A stretch of DNA of 63,015 nucleotides, counting the filler, from a bacterium (GTDB lineage: Bacteria; JAMOTN01): NCBI GenBank assembly GCA_027062325.1. It is 4 parts of 4 records of this genome, joined end to end, with 100 filler letters (N's around TTAATTAATTAA, not from the genome) between each part and the next. Parts side by side here need not be neighbours in the genome. Positions count along the whole stretch, not along the records: positions 1 to 26,506 come from JAMOTN010000052.1; 3 more parts are not named here. One strand, given 5' to 3'. The stretch's first letter is position 1. Each line of letters opens with the position of its first letter. This document shows, in pieces, positions 1 through 8,462 of the stretch. Under the pieces are notes generated by a model. That model made no database searches, was not told the origin of the DNA, and saw only the letters and a list, made by a program, of their open reading frames with translations. A program made the translations under genes and the position numbers.

Positions 1-2646
1 GAATTTGCAAGAAAAAGCAATATGTATGCCGTAGCAATAACCGATCATGGAGTAGTCCAAGCCTATCCAAAAGTAGCAGAAGCCTTCTCATCTTCTCCTG
101 TTAAGCTAATATACGGCCTAGAAGGCTACCTAGATCCTACAGACTCCGCAGTAAGTGCTCTAGAAAAAAAACTGCGTCCATTTCACATAGTGCTTCTTTT
201 AAAAAATCAAGAAGGTTTGTATCATCTCTACAAACTCGTCTCACGCTCACACTTAGAAAATTTCAGGCGCCGCCCCCTCATAAAAAGAGAGTGGCTGGAT
301 GAAGTTCGAGAACACTTTATCGTGTCAAGTGCATGCATAGATGGGGAAGTTCTGAGAGCTTACCTTGCTGGAAAGCGCGGAGAAGAATTGCTCCCCTTCA
401 TGAATTACTACGATTACATAGAGGTTCATCCACCCGGTCATTACAAAAGCTTCATGAAGTATGAAGAAGCTATCGAGATGATAAAACACGTAATAGAAGT
501 TGCAGAAAATGCAGGAAAAATAGTTGTAGCAACCTCTGACGCACACTATATAACTCCCGAAGAAGTAACGTTGAGAAAGATAATACAAAGTTTCCAAGGA
601 TTCAAAGACTGGGACGATCAATGTCTTCTTCATATTCGCACCCAATCTGATTGGTTCAAGGAGTTCGAATTTTTAGATGAAGAAACCGTTAAAAGAATTG
701 TCTTTTTCAATACGAAAGAGATAGCCGATATGACAGAGCCAGTGCGTCCCATTGTGGACAAGACATATTTCCCAGAACTTGAGAATGCCGAGAAAGAGCT
801 TGAAGAACTGGCGTTAGCTACTCTGCACTCTCTTTACGGTGAAAATCCACATCCGCTCATAATAGAACGCTACAACAAAGAGATAAATGCAATAAAGAAG
901 TACGGTTTTTCTTCTCTATACTTAATAGCTTCAAAACTTGTCAGGAAGTCTTACGAGGATGGATACATAGTTGGTTCACGAGGAAGTGTTGGTTCCTCCT
1001 TTGTCGCATTCCTTTCGAAAATAACAGAGGTAAATCCTCTTCCTGCTCACTGGCGCTGCCCAAACTGCAAATATACACTATTTGCCCACGAAGAAGGGAT
1101 AGAAGCTGAGAGCGGTGTTGATCTTCCAGAAAAAAGGTGTCCAAAGTGCTCAACTTTGATGATAAAAGACGGCCATAGTATTCAATTTGAAACATTTATG
1201 GGATTTGAAGGAGATAAGGTGCCAGATATAGACCTGAACTTTTCAGGAGAATACCAGGGAAGAATACAAAAATACACAGAGCACCTATTTGGCAAAGGTC
1301 ACGTTTACAGAGCAGGAACAATAAGCACAGTCGCAGAAAAAACAGCCTTAAGCATGTGCTATAAATTCAGAGATGAAGCTTATATGGACTGGGACGACGC
1401 TTTCATTCGTTTTCTCGCAAATAAAATTCAAGGAGTAAAGAGAACCACGGGACAGCATCCAGGTGGTTTGATGATAATTCCACATGGCCACGAAGTTTAC
1501 GAGTTCACACCAATTCAAAAACCTGCAGATGACATCAAAAGCGATGTAATCACCACACACTTTGATTATCATTCTATCTCCTCAAAGCTTTTAAAGCTTG
1601 ATCTCCTCGGACACGATGATCCAACAGTTTTAAAATTACTATCAGACCTCACAGGAGTTGATGTCACTCAAATTCCTCTATCTGATCCAAAAGTTTTAGA
1701 AATATTCTACTCACGAAAAGGTTTAGGACTTTCAAAAGAAGATGCATCTGCCGACGTTGCAACGCTCGGTATACCTGAATTCGGCACAAATTTTGTTATG
1801 CGCATGCTGGAGGAAACCCGCCCTAAAACCTTTGCAGAACTTGTAAGAATAAGTGGACTTTCTCACGGAACCGACGTGTGGACTGGTAATGCACAAGAGC
1901 TTATTCGCTCTGGAACCGCTACTTTAAAAGACGTGATATGCGCACGTGACGATATAATGAATTTTCTTATCAACATGGGGGTCGATAAAAAAATAGCATT
2001 TGAAGTCATGGAAAAGGTAAGAAAGGGCAAAGGAATTCCAGAAAAGTACATGCCAGCTTTAAAAAAGGCAAAAGTTCCTGAGTGGTACATCCAAAGTTGC
2101 CAAAAAATAAAGTACATGTTTCCCAAAGCTCACGCAGCAGCTTATGTGATGATGGCAGTCAGAATCGCCTATTTCAAAGTTTACTATCCTCTCGAATTCT
2201 ACTGTGCATACTTTTCGGTACGCTGCAAAAAATTTCCGTATAAGGAAGCCATAGCGGGAAAAGAAGCTGTTATTCGTAAGATAAAAAACCTTGAGTCAAA
2301 ACGAGATAGAACTGCAACCGATCAAGAAGAGTTAGAAGCCTTGAAGATCTCACGGGAAATGATGGCGCGTGGTTTCTCATTTTTGAAGCCGCATCCAAAC
2401 TTTTCTCGTGCTAAACTATTCTCAATTGAAGGTAACTCTCTACGCATACCATTTGCAGCGATATCTGGACTTGGTGAAAAAATTGCAGTCAAACTCGAAG
2501 AGGCACGCAGTATGGGAGACTACGTTTCCTGGGAGGACTTGAAAAACAGAACTGGCATCAACAAACAAGCCATGAATGCACTAAAGGAGGCATGTGGTGA
2601 AGATACATTACCAGAAAGCAATACAATTTCTCTCTTTGCTAGCTAA
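1..2646 (+). CDS. polC: DNA polymerase III alpha subunit, PolC type (5'-truncated; no DnaQ-like exonuclease insert)
   Basis: PHP motifs AITDHG, YGLE, SAC, SDAH; GSRGSVGSS; CPNC..CPKC zinc finger; catalytic KVPDIDLNFSGEYQ and KLDLLGHDDPT; YMFPKAHAAAY. The frame is open back to base 1. Confidence 0.97.
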   Translation, partial: EFARKSNMYAVAITDHGVVQAYPKVAEAFSSSPVKLIYGLEGYLDPTDSAVSALEKKLRPFHIVLLLKNQEGLYHLYKLVSRSHLENFRRRPLIKREWLDEVREHFIVSSACIDGEVLRAYLAGKRGEELLPFMNYYDYIEVHPPGHYKSFMKYEEAIEMIKHVIEVAENAGKIVVATSDAHYITPEEVTLRKIIQSFQGFKDWDDQCLLHIRTQSDWFKEFEFLDEETVKRIVFFNTKEIADMTEPVRPIVDKTYFPELENAEKELEELALATLHSLYGENPHPLIIERYNKEINAIKKYGFSSLYLIASKLVRKSYEDGYIVGSRGSVGSSFVAFLSKITEVNPLPAHWRCPNCKYTLFAHEEGIEAESGVDLPEKRCPKCSTLMIKDGHSIQFETFMGFEGDKVPDIDLNFSGEYQGRIQKYTEHLFGKGHVYRAGTISTVAEKTALSMCYKFRDEAYMDWDDAFIRFLANKIQGVKRTTGQHPGGLMIIPHGHEVYEFTPIQKPADDIKSDVITTHFDYHSISSKLLKLDLLGHDDPTVLKLLSDLTGVDVTQIPLSDPKVLEIFYSRKGLGLSKEDASADVATLGIPEFGTNFVMRMLEETRPKTFAELVRISGLSHGTDVWTGNAQELIRSGTATLKDVICARDDIMNFLINMGVDKKIAFEVMEKVRKGKGIPEKYMPALKKAKVPEWYIQSCQKIKYMFPKAHAAAYVMMAVRIAYFKVYYPLEFYCAYFSVRCKKFPYKEAIAGKEAVIRKIKNLESKRDRTATDQEELEALKISREMMARGFSFLKPHPNFSRAKLFSIEGNSLRIPFAAISGLGEKIAVKLEEARSMGDYVSWEDLKNRTGINKQAMNALKEACGEDTLPESNTISLFAS

Positions 2647-4006
2647 AAAGCTCAAATTACAAAGTTTCTCTAAAGAAGATGCCGCTTTTGTTGGGGGAGT
2701 TGTAAGGGACGCTTTGCTGTTGAAATTTTCAGAAAAACTAGATATAGACATAGTCACAAGTGAAGTTTCTTTTTCAAAAATTGCAGAACTCCTGTCGTCT
2801 TTCAGCTTCTCCTCTGTTGAGTTTAAATCAGAAGACAGACTTATGAGAACTTCTCGCTTCTTTTTAAAAAAGGAATTCTTTAAGGATATTGAAATCTGGA
2901 TTAGGCAGAATGTAAACCCCAATTACAGATTGGAAGATTTACAAGTTGACCTATCTATCGAAGATAACATACCTGACAAAACCAAGCGTGACTTCACTGT
3001 AAACTCCATTTACTTCAACACATCAATCTTTTTTCCATCGGGAATGAATCCAATAGCTGATTTGAAGGAGCAACTTTTAATTCCAGCTTTTGAAGAAACA
3101 TTTAGACAAGATCCCGTGAGAATTCTCAGAGCTGTAAGGTTTATTGCAAAACTAAACCTGGAGGTTGTAAATAAACTCAAATTCTCCCCTACAATGCTCT
3201 CTACCGTTGCAAAAGAGCGTATTACAGAAGAACTGGTAAAAATTTTCTCAACTCCCAACTTAAAAAAAGCTTTGATCTTCTCATTCCAGCATAATATTTG
3301 GAGCTACTTTGCCGAAGAGTTTGAGAAGATTAAAAGTATGTGGCAAAATAAGTACCATGCTTTTACAGTATCATACCACAGCATAAAAACTGTTGAATTA
3401 ATCGATAAATACCTGCACTTTTCACATCTGCACAAACTCAAAAAAGAATGGCTTTTACGTCTTGCGGCGTTTTTTCACGATATTGGAAAGGCAAATACGA
3501 AAAATGGAGAAAAATTTTACGGGCACGACATTAAGGGTGAACAAATTTTCAAATTAAAAATAGCCCCCAAACTTCGCCTTGCAAAAGATGATGAAAAATA
3601 TCTAGCTTTTCTTATAAAAAAACACATGTATCCAGTGTACAATCTTACTACCCAAAAGCAAATAGCCCGCTTCTGGAACAAATTTAAAGATCATGGCTTA
3701 GATCTCCTTGCTCTTCACATGGCAGATTTTGAAGCCAAAGGAACTGACACGGAAGAAGAGCTAGCAGAAAGGCGCACGCTCATATGGGAGTTTCTAAAAA
3801 TTTACTGTTATCTTCGCCATGAAGACAGATTCTCACCACTTCTCAACGGCAACGAGATCATGAAAATTTTGAATATACCACCATCTCCCACAGTTGGTAA
3901 AGTAAAAAATGAGTTGATAAAATTGCAACTTGAAGGTAAGTTGAAGACCAAAGAGGAGGCAATCAAGTGGCTGGAGGTAAATCGGAATCTCTTAACTTCA
4001 AATTAG
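2594..4006 (+). CDS. cca: tRNA nucleotidyltransferase (CCA-adding/poly(A) polymerase family) with HD domain
   Basis: VGGVVRD..DIDIV, RDFTVN, DPVRILRAVRF, ERITEEL and HDIGK motifs; AAAGGAGG RBS just upstream. Confidence 0.88.
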   Translation: MVKIHYQKAIQFLSLLAKKLKLQSFSKEDAAFVGGVVRDALLLKFSEKLDIDIVTSEVSFSKIAELLSSFSFSSVEFKSEDRLMRTSRFFLKKEFFKDIEIWIRQNVNPNYRLEDLQVDLSIEDNIPDKTKRDFTVNSIYFNTSIFFPSGMNPIADLKEQLLIPAFEETFRQDPVRILRAVRFIAKLNLEVVNKLKFSPTMLSTVAKERITEELVKIFSTPNLKKALIFSFQHNIWSYFAEEFEKIKSMWQNKYHAFTVSYHSIKTVELIDKYLHFSHLHKLKKEWLLRLAAFFHDIGKANTKNGEKFYGHDIKGEQIFKLKIAPKLRLAKDDEKYLAFLIKKHMYPVYNLTTQKQIARFWNKFKDHGLDLLALHMADFEAKGTDTEEELAERRTLIWEFLKIYCYLRHEDRFSPLLNGNEIMKILNIPPSPTVGKVKNELIKLQLEGKLKTKEEAIKWLEVNRNLLTSN

Positions 4007-4854
4007 TGGCCATTTTAATATTTTTACTTATTGTTTTATCCGCTGTTCATCTTTCTACAAACTTTGTAGATTGGGAGGTTTTTAAACTATTTCGACTTCC
4101 ACGCCTTCTTTCCCTGATAGTTGCAGCATCAAGTGTTGCAATATCAACCACCATATTGCAAATTATGACAACTCCAGTCGCAGACTCGTATGCCTTTGGA
4201 GCACCGGCAGGAGCGCTGCTACTCTTTGCCCTTACTCACAGCAAGTTTGCTCTTTTTCTAGGAGGTGTAGTGTTCATAACACTTGTCGTGTGGATTGCTC
4301 ACAAATTCTCTTTATCTCCTATGCAAACTCTTGTATTCGGAATGGTTGTCTCTTCCGTTCTATACAGTGTAACAAGCATCTGGTGTATATTAACAGGTCA
4401 ACACTCCATCCTAGCCGGCATCTACTTTACAAACCCCGAAAAGTTGTCTTTAGTTGAGCTAGCCCTTCCTGTCGGAGTCCTTCTCATTTCCATTGCGTCG
4501 CTTCTAATATTCTCGCGCGATCTTGCCCTCCTTGCTTTTAAAAGGATGGGGTTATCTTTTCTATCCACTAGAAAGATTACCTTTATCTTCTTAGCAATTT
4601 CAGGTATTTTAGCTGCGAATTCTCTATATACTATTGGATCTGCTATGTTTATAGGCCTAGTTGTAGCAAACTACGCACTGTCACGTTTTAAACCACAAGT
4701 TGCTCCCTACATAGCAGCACTTGTTGCCGCAAATTTAATGCTAGCTTCAGATATTGTGTGCATAAAATTTCATATAGAGATAACCTCTCTTCTTTCGATA
4801 ATAAGTGGAGGGTGGTTCATTTGGCTGATGCTTACAAAGCTAAGGTATATGTAG
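3967..4854 (+). CDS. FecCD/BtuC-family iron-chelate/cobalamin ABC transporter permease (divergent)
   Basis: Multi-pass hydrophobic protein with FRLPRLL, P-x-AD..FG and FIGLVV motifs; adjacent to an ABC ATPase. Confidence 0.7.
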   Translation: MAGGKSESLNFKLVAILIFLLIVLSAVHLSTNFVDWEVFKLFRLPRLLSLIVAASSVAISTTILQIMTTPVADSYAFGAPAGALLLFALTHSKFALFLGGVVFITLVVWIAHKFSLSPMQTLVFGMVVSSVLYSVTSIWCILTGQHSILAGIYFTNPEKLSLVELALPVGVLLISIASLLIFSRDLALLAFKRMGLSFLSTRKITFIFLAISGILAANSLYTIGSAMFIGLVVANYALSRFKPQVAPYIAALVAANLMLASDIVCIKFHIEITSLLSIISGGWFIWLMLTKLRYM

Positions 4855-5822
4855 ACTACATTCCCCTTGAGACAGAGTTTACCTTCAACGAAGGTGAGAA
4901 GATTGTAATAATAGGTGAAAATGGAGCAGGAAAAACTTCTCTCGTGGAATCTCTCTATGGAACTCGTGGAGCTGCTAACCTATTCAAACTCATGGAAGAC
5001 CGCGAAAAAGCCATTAAAAATTTTACCTCCAATTTCGCCTTTCTTCCTCAAAATCCCGAATACAATCCCAACCTTTCTGTAAAAGAGATTTTTAAACTCT
5101 TCAAATCAAAGCTTCCTAAGTCTTTACTTGAAAAAACGGGAATAACCTCATATTCGAAGCTTACTCATCTATCTGGGGGTCAGATCAAACTAGTTCTGTT
5201 AACAGTTATTTTAAATTCACCAAAACCATGGGTTATTTTAGACGAGCCATTATCTAACCTTGATTCCTCTAGGCGCTTTGAAGCTTTGAAAATCATTGCT
5301 TCAAACCAGAAGACGATCTTTCTAGTGTCACATTTTCAAGAGGCAATAGAGATAGCAGACAGGATAATTTTGATAAAAAACAAAGAAGTGCATACTTTAG
5401 ATATTGCCAATTCTTCTACAAAACGCATTAGGGAATTCTTCAAAAGATTTAAAGTAGAGTTTGCCTCTAGAAATTTAATACTACCCCAAATAAGGCAAAA
5501 CAATTTTGTAATTTCATTAGCCATAGAAAGTTGGCTGGATTTTAAATTTCTAGAGAAATTAGTTCCTCTTTTTTCAAAAATCAAGGTATTTTCTAACACA
5601 TTCACAGAAGATCAATTAAAAAAGCTTGTGAAATTTTCCGAAAGAGTGGTTATAGCTCCTCCTGAAGAAAACGACATAGTAATAACCTCAAAACAATTAA
5701 AAAGCACGAAAAACTCCCCCGCAAACAAACTTAAATCATCTAAGCAGATAATCCTTGTGGACGAGAAAACATCACTTCTAGAACTCATACAAAAAATCGA
5801 ATATCTTTTCAAATCCGTCTAA
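4821..5822 (+). CDS. ABC transporter ATP-binding protein with C-terminal extension
   Basis: Walker A GENGAGKT, LSGGQ, Walker B ILDEP, SH switch. Start placed at TTG 4821 after GGAG(G); the ORF track starts at 4758. Confidence 0.85.
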   Translation: MADAYKAKVYVDYIPLETEFTFNEGEKIVIIGENGAGKTSLVESLYGTRGAANLFKLMEDREKAIKNFTSNFAFLPQNPEYNPNLSVKEIFKLFKSKLPKSLLEKTGITSYSKLTHLSGGQIKLVLLTVILNSPKPWVILDEPLSNLDSSRRFEALKIIASNQKTIFLVSHFQEAIEIADRIILIKNKEVHTLDIANSSTKRIREFFKRFKVEFASRNLILPQIRQNNFVISLAIESWLDFKFLEKLVPLFSKIKVFSNTFTEDQLKKLVKFSERVVIAPPEENDIVITSKQLKSTKNSPANKLKSSKQIILVDEKTSLLELIQKIEYLFKSV

Positions 5823-5859
5823 AATAACAAAGGCCAAAAAGCTTTTCTGGAGGTTCTGG

Positions 5860-6411
5860 ATGTCTTCAGATTTTAATGCCCAAATTAAAAAGCTTTTAAA
5901 AGAAAATCGTCAAGAAGCAGAGCGCTTAATATATGAGCACTTTATTAACAAAGTTTACGCCTTGATACTGAGGAGTGTAGGAAATCCCAACGTAGCTGAC
6001 GATTTATCTCAAGAAGTATTTATAAAAATTTTTAAAAAAATCTCTTCATTTAACTGGCACTCATCACTTTCAACGTGGATATATACGATAACTGTGAATA
6101 CCGTTCGTGATTACTTCAGACGCCAAAAAACATACAGGAAATTCTTATCATCATGGCTGAAAAAGAGCAAGGTAGTTGAAACGCAAACTCCTGAAAAATC
6201 AATGTTCAAAAACTACACAGAGAATATGCTCAATCAAGCAATTCAAAAACTTCCAGACTCTCTGAAAGAGATTGTGCTTTTATACTATGTAACCAATCTC
6301 TCAATCAAAGAGATAGCAAAAGTCCTAGGTATGAAAGACTCAACCGTTAAGTCTAGGCTAAAAACTGCTCGCCAAAAGTTATTTGAAATGCTCAAAGACA
6401 AACTCAATTGA
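5860..6411 (+). CDS. ECF RNA polymerase sigma factor
   Basis: 183 aa; region 2 (DDLSQEVFIK, STWIYTITVN) and region 4 (SIKEIAKVLG..STVKSRL). Confidence 0.92.
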   Translation: MSSDFNAQIKKLLKENRQEAERLIYEHFINKVYALILRSVGNPNVADDLSQEVFIKIFKKISSFNWHSSLSTWIYTITVNTVRDYFRRQKTYRKFLSSWLKKSKVVETQTPEKSMFKNYTENMLNQAIQKLPDSLKEIVLLYYVTNLSIKEIAKVLGMKDSTVKSRLKTARQKLFEMLKDKLN

Positions 6412-6423
6412 GGGGGTTTCCAT

Positions 6424-7005
6424 ATGGACAATAAAAACTTAGATGAAAAGCTACATTCCCTTCTAAACAAAACTGATTCTATTCCTCCTGATTGGCGCTA
6501 CTTTAACTTGTACAAACATTTTAAGTTTGTAAAAACCACTTTTAAAATCTCGCTGTTCATAGTACTATTATTATCAATGTTTTTCTCTTTCCAAACCTAC
6601 AAAGTTGGTATTGAAAAGGGAGCAAAAAAGCCCATTCTCTTTACCTCTCCCACAAAGTTTTCATCACGCACTATGATTTTTGAACTTTTGGCAGGATCAA
6701 TGGAATTTTCATTCGTAACCAACACATTTTTCCTGAACAAATCATTTTTAAGTCTTTCCACTTCAAAAGAAGTAACTGTAGTCACTCCTCTACTCACTGC
6801 ACATTTAACCGGTAAAGTAGACTTCGACGTCTTTAAAAATGTTCTCATGCAACTGCACTCTGGAAAAGCAAAAATCTCTCTTAAACACAAGTCGTCATCT
6901 CATTCAAGCCCGCTTAACATAACCAAGCCCTGTATACTAGTGGTAACCGACAGCAGTATCGAGATCAAAAAATACAATCCTGTAAATCTTCGAGCAAACT
7001 ATTAG
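6424..7005 (+). CDS. Putative single-pass anti-sigma factor (possible FecR-like external domain)
   Basis: Directly downstream of the ECF sigma; short N-terminus, one TM helix, beta-rich C-terminus (VTVVTPLLTAHLTG). Confidence 0.55.
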   Translation: MDNKNLDEKLHSLLNKTDSIPPDWRYFNLYKHFKFVKTTFKISLFIVLLLSMFFSFQTYKVGIEKGAKKPILFTSPTKFSSRTMIFELLAGSMEFSFVTNTFFLNKSFLSLSTSKEVTVVTPLLTAHLTGKVDFDVFKNVLMQLHSGKAKISLKHKSSSHSSPLNITKPCILVVTDSSIEIKKYNPVNLRANY

Positions 7006-7035
7006 CCCTTTATCTCCATTATCTTACAAACCTTG

Positions 7036-7044
7036 TGATATAAT
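7036..7044 (+). promoter_or_regulatory. Extended -10 promoter element (TGnTATAAT) upstream of the 7104 gene and valS
   Basis: TGATATAAT in the intergenic gap, about 60 nt before the GGAGGG RBS/ATG at 7104. Confidence 0.55.
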
Positions 7045-7103
7045 GTTTGTGTCAATTTACGCCACTTTTTTCACTGAATAATACGTAAAATGGAGGGATA
7101 GCC

Positions 7104-8408
7104 ATGGCAGATAATGTCAATCAAAACGATATAGAAGAACTCCTTAAAATGGCAGGAGAATCAGGAGATGAACCCACTTCTCAAGAAGCTGTATCAGCCC
7201 CTGAAGGAATAGACATATTCTCTGCTCCTGAAACAGCAGAGCAGCCAGAACTAACAGCACTTCAAACACAAAACGAACTCCTGCAGCAACAGCTGGCTGA
7301 AAAAGAAAAAGAGATTGAAGAGCTAAAAAAAGAGCTGGAAGCACTTAAACAGGAAGCAGAAGCTGTCAAATCAGAAAAAGCTGAATTGAGCGAAAAAATT
7401 TCTAAATTAGAAGAGGAAATGGAGCAGTTAAAAGAATCTCAAACACAAACCCCTTCAGAACCTCCAACAGAGCTAACTGAGAAACTTCAATCTCTCGAGC
7501 AAGAAAATAACGAGTTGAAATCAAAGCTTCAAGAATTAGAAGTTAAGATAACTCAACTTGAGACTGAAAAAACTCAACTTTTAACGCAGCTTCAAGAAGC
7601 ACAAAGTCAATCTCAAAGTACAGATACAGAGCTATTAACACAGCTACAGGCAAAAATATCTGAGCTTGAAACTCAAAATTCTCTTCTACAACAACAGATT
7701 GATCTTCTCAATAAGCAACTTCAAGAAAAGCAACTTGCCTTAATAAACGCTGAAGGCAAAATCAGAGAACTGGAAGCACAGGCTGAATCACAAAGTGGAG
7801 GATTCGATGAGACAAAACTTATACAAATTGTAAACACTTTACCTTCAAAAGTAGATGGTTGGGTCAAAAATTTACTTACAACGATTGGCATAGAAACAAT
7901 TGATCCTGTAGGTATGCCGTTCGATCCCAATATAGCAGAACAGGTAGGAGTTGTGCGTATTCCTTCCATGCAAGAAGGAACTGTAGCATCTGTGCAAGAA
8001 GTTGGCTACAAAGTCAACGGAAAACTTATAAAAAAAGCAAAAGTCATAGTAGTAAAAAACTCAATATCCTGTCCAGTCTGCGGATGGCAAATTACTGAAA
8101 ATGCTAAATTCTGCCCCAACTGCGGATCAAAGATTGAAACCAGCACTCAAGATCCCGAAGCATTGGTTGCAGTAGCTGATCTGTTATTCGAAAAAGGTTT
8201 GATCGATAAAGCACTCGAAACATACAAAGAGATTGCTAGCAATAATCCGAATCCAGAAATTACTGTGAAGATTGTGCGTTGTTACGAAAAGTTAGGGCGT
8301 TTTAAAGAAGCTGTTAAAGAAGTAAGTAAGCTCTCAGATGATTGGGCAGATTTGAAGGAGAAGATCACTGCAAAATATGCAATGTATCAGGCACTTTTAA
8401 AACTTTGA
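7104..8408 (+). CDS. Coiled-coil protein with GrpE-like beta domain, zinc ribbon and TPR C-terminus
   Basis: About 180-aa E/Q/K/L heptad region; GIETIDPVGMPFDPN..VQEVGYKVNGKLIKKAKVIV (GrpE signature); CPVCG..FCPNCG; TPR-like helices. Confidence 0.7.
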   Translation: MADNVNQNDIEELLKMAGESGDEPTSQEAVSAPEGIDIFSAPETAEQPELTALQTQNELLQQQLAEKEKEIEELKKELEALKQEAEAVKSEKAELSEKISKLEEEMEQLKESQTQTPSEPPTELTEKLQSLEQENNELKSKLQELEVKITQLETEKTQLLTQLQEAQSQSQSTDTELLTQLQAKISELETQNSLLQQQIDLLNKQLQEKQLALINAEGKIRELEAQAESQSGGFDETKLIQIVNTLPSKVDGWVKNLLTTIGIETIDPVGMPFDPNIAEQVGVVRIPSMQEGTVASVQEVGYKVNGKLIKKAKVIVVKNSISCPVCGWQITENAKFCPNCGSKIETSTQDPEALVAVADLLFEKGLIDKALETYKEIASNNPNPEITVKIVRCYEKLGRFKEAVKEVSKLSDDWADLKEKITAKYAMYQALLKL

Positions 8409-8462
8409 TATAAGCATCAATAACTTTAAACAATCATTTACAAAAAGATTGGAGGGAAAGCC

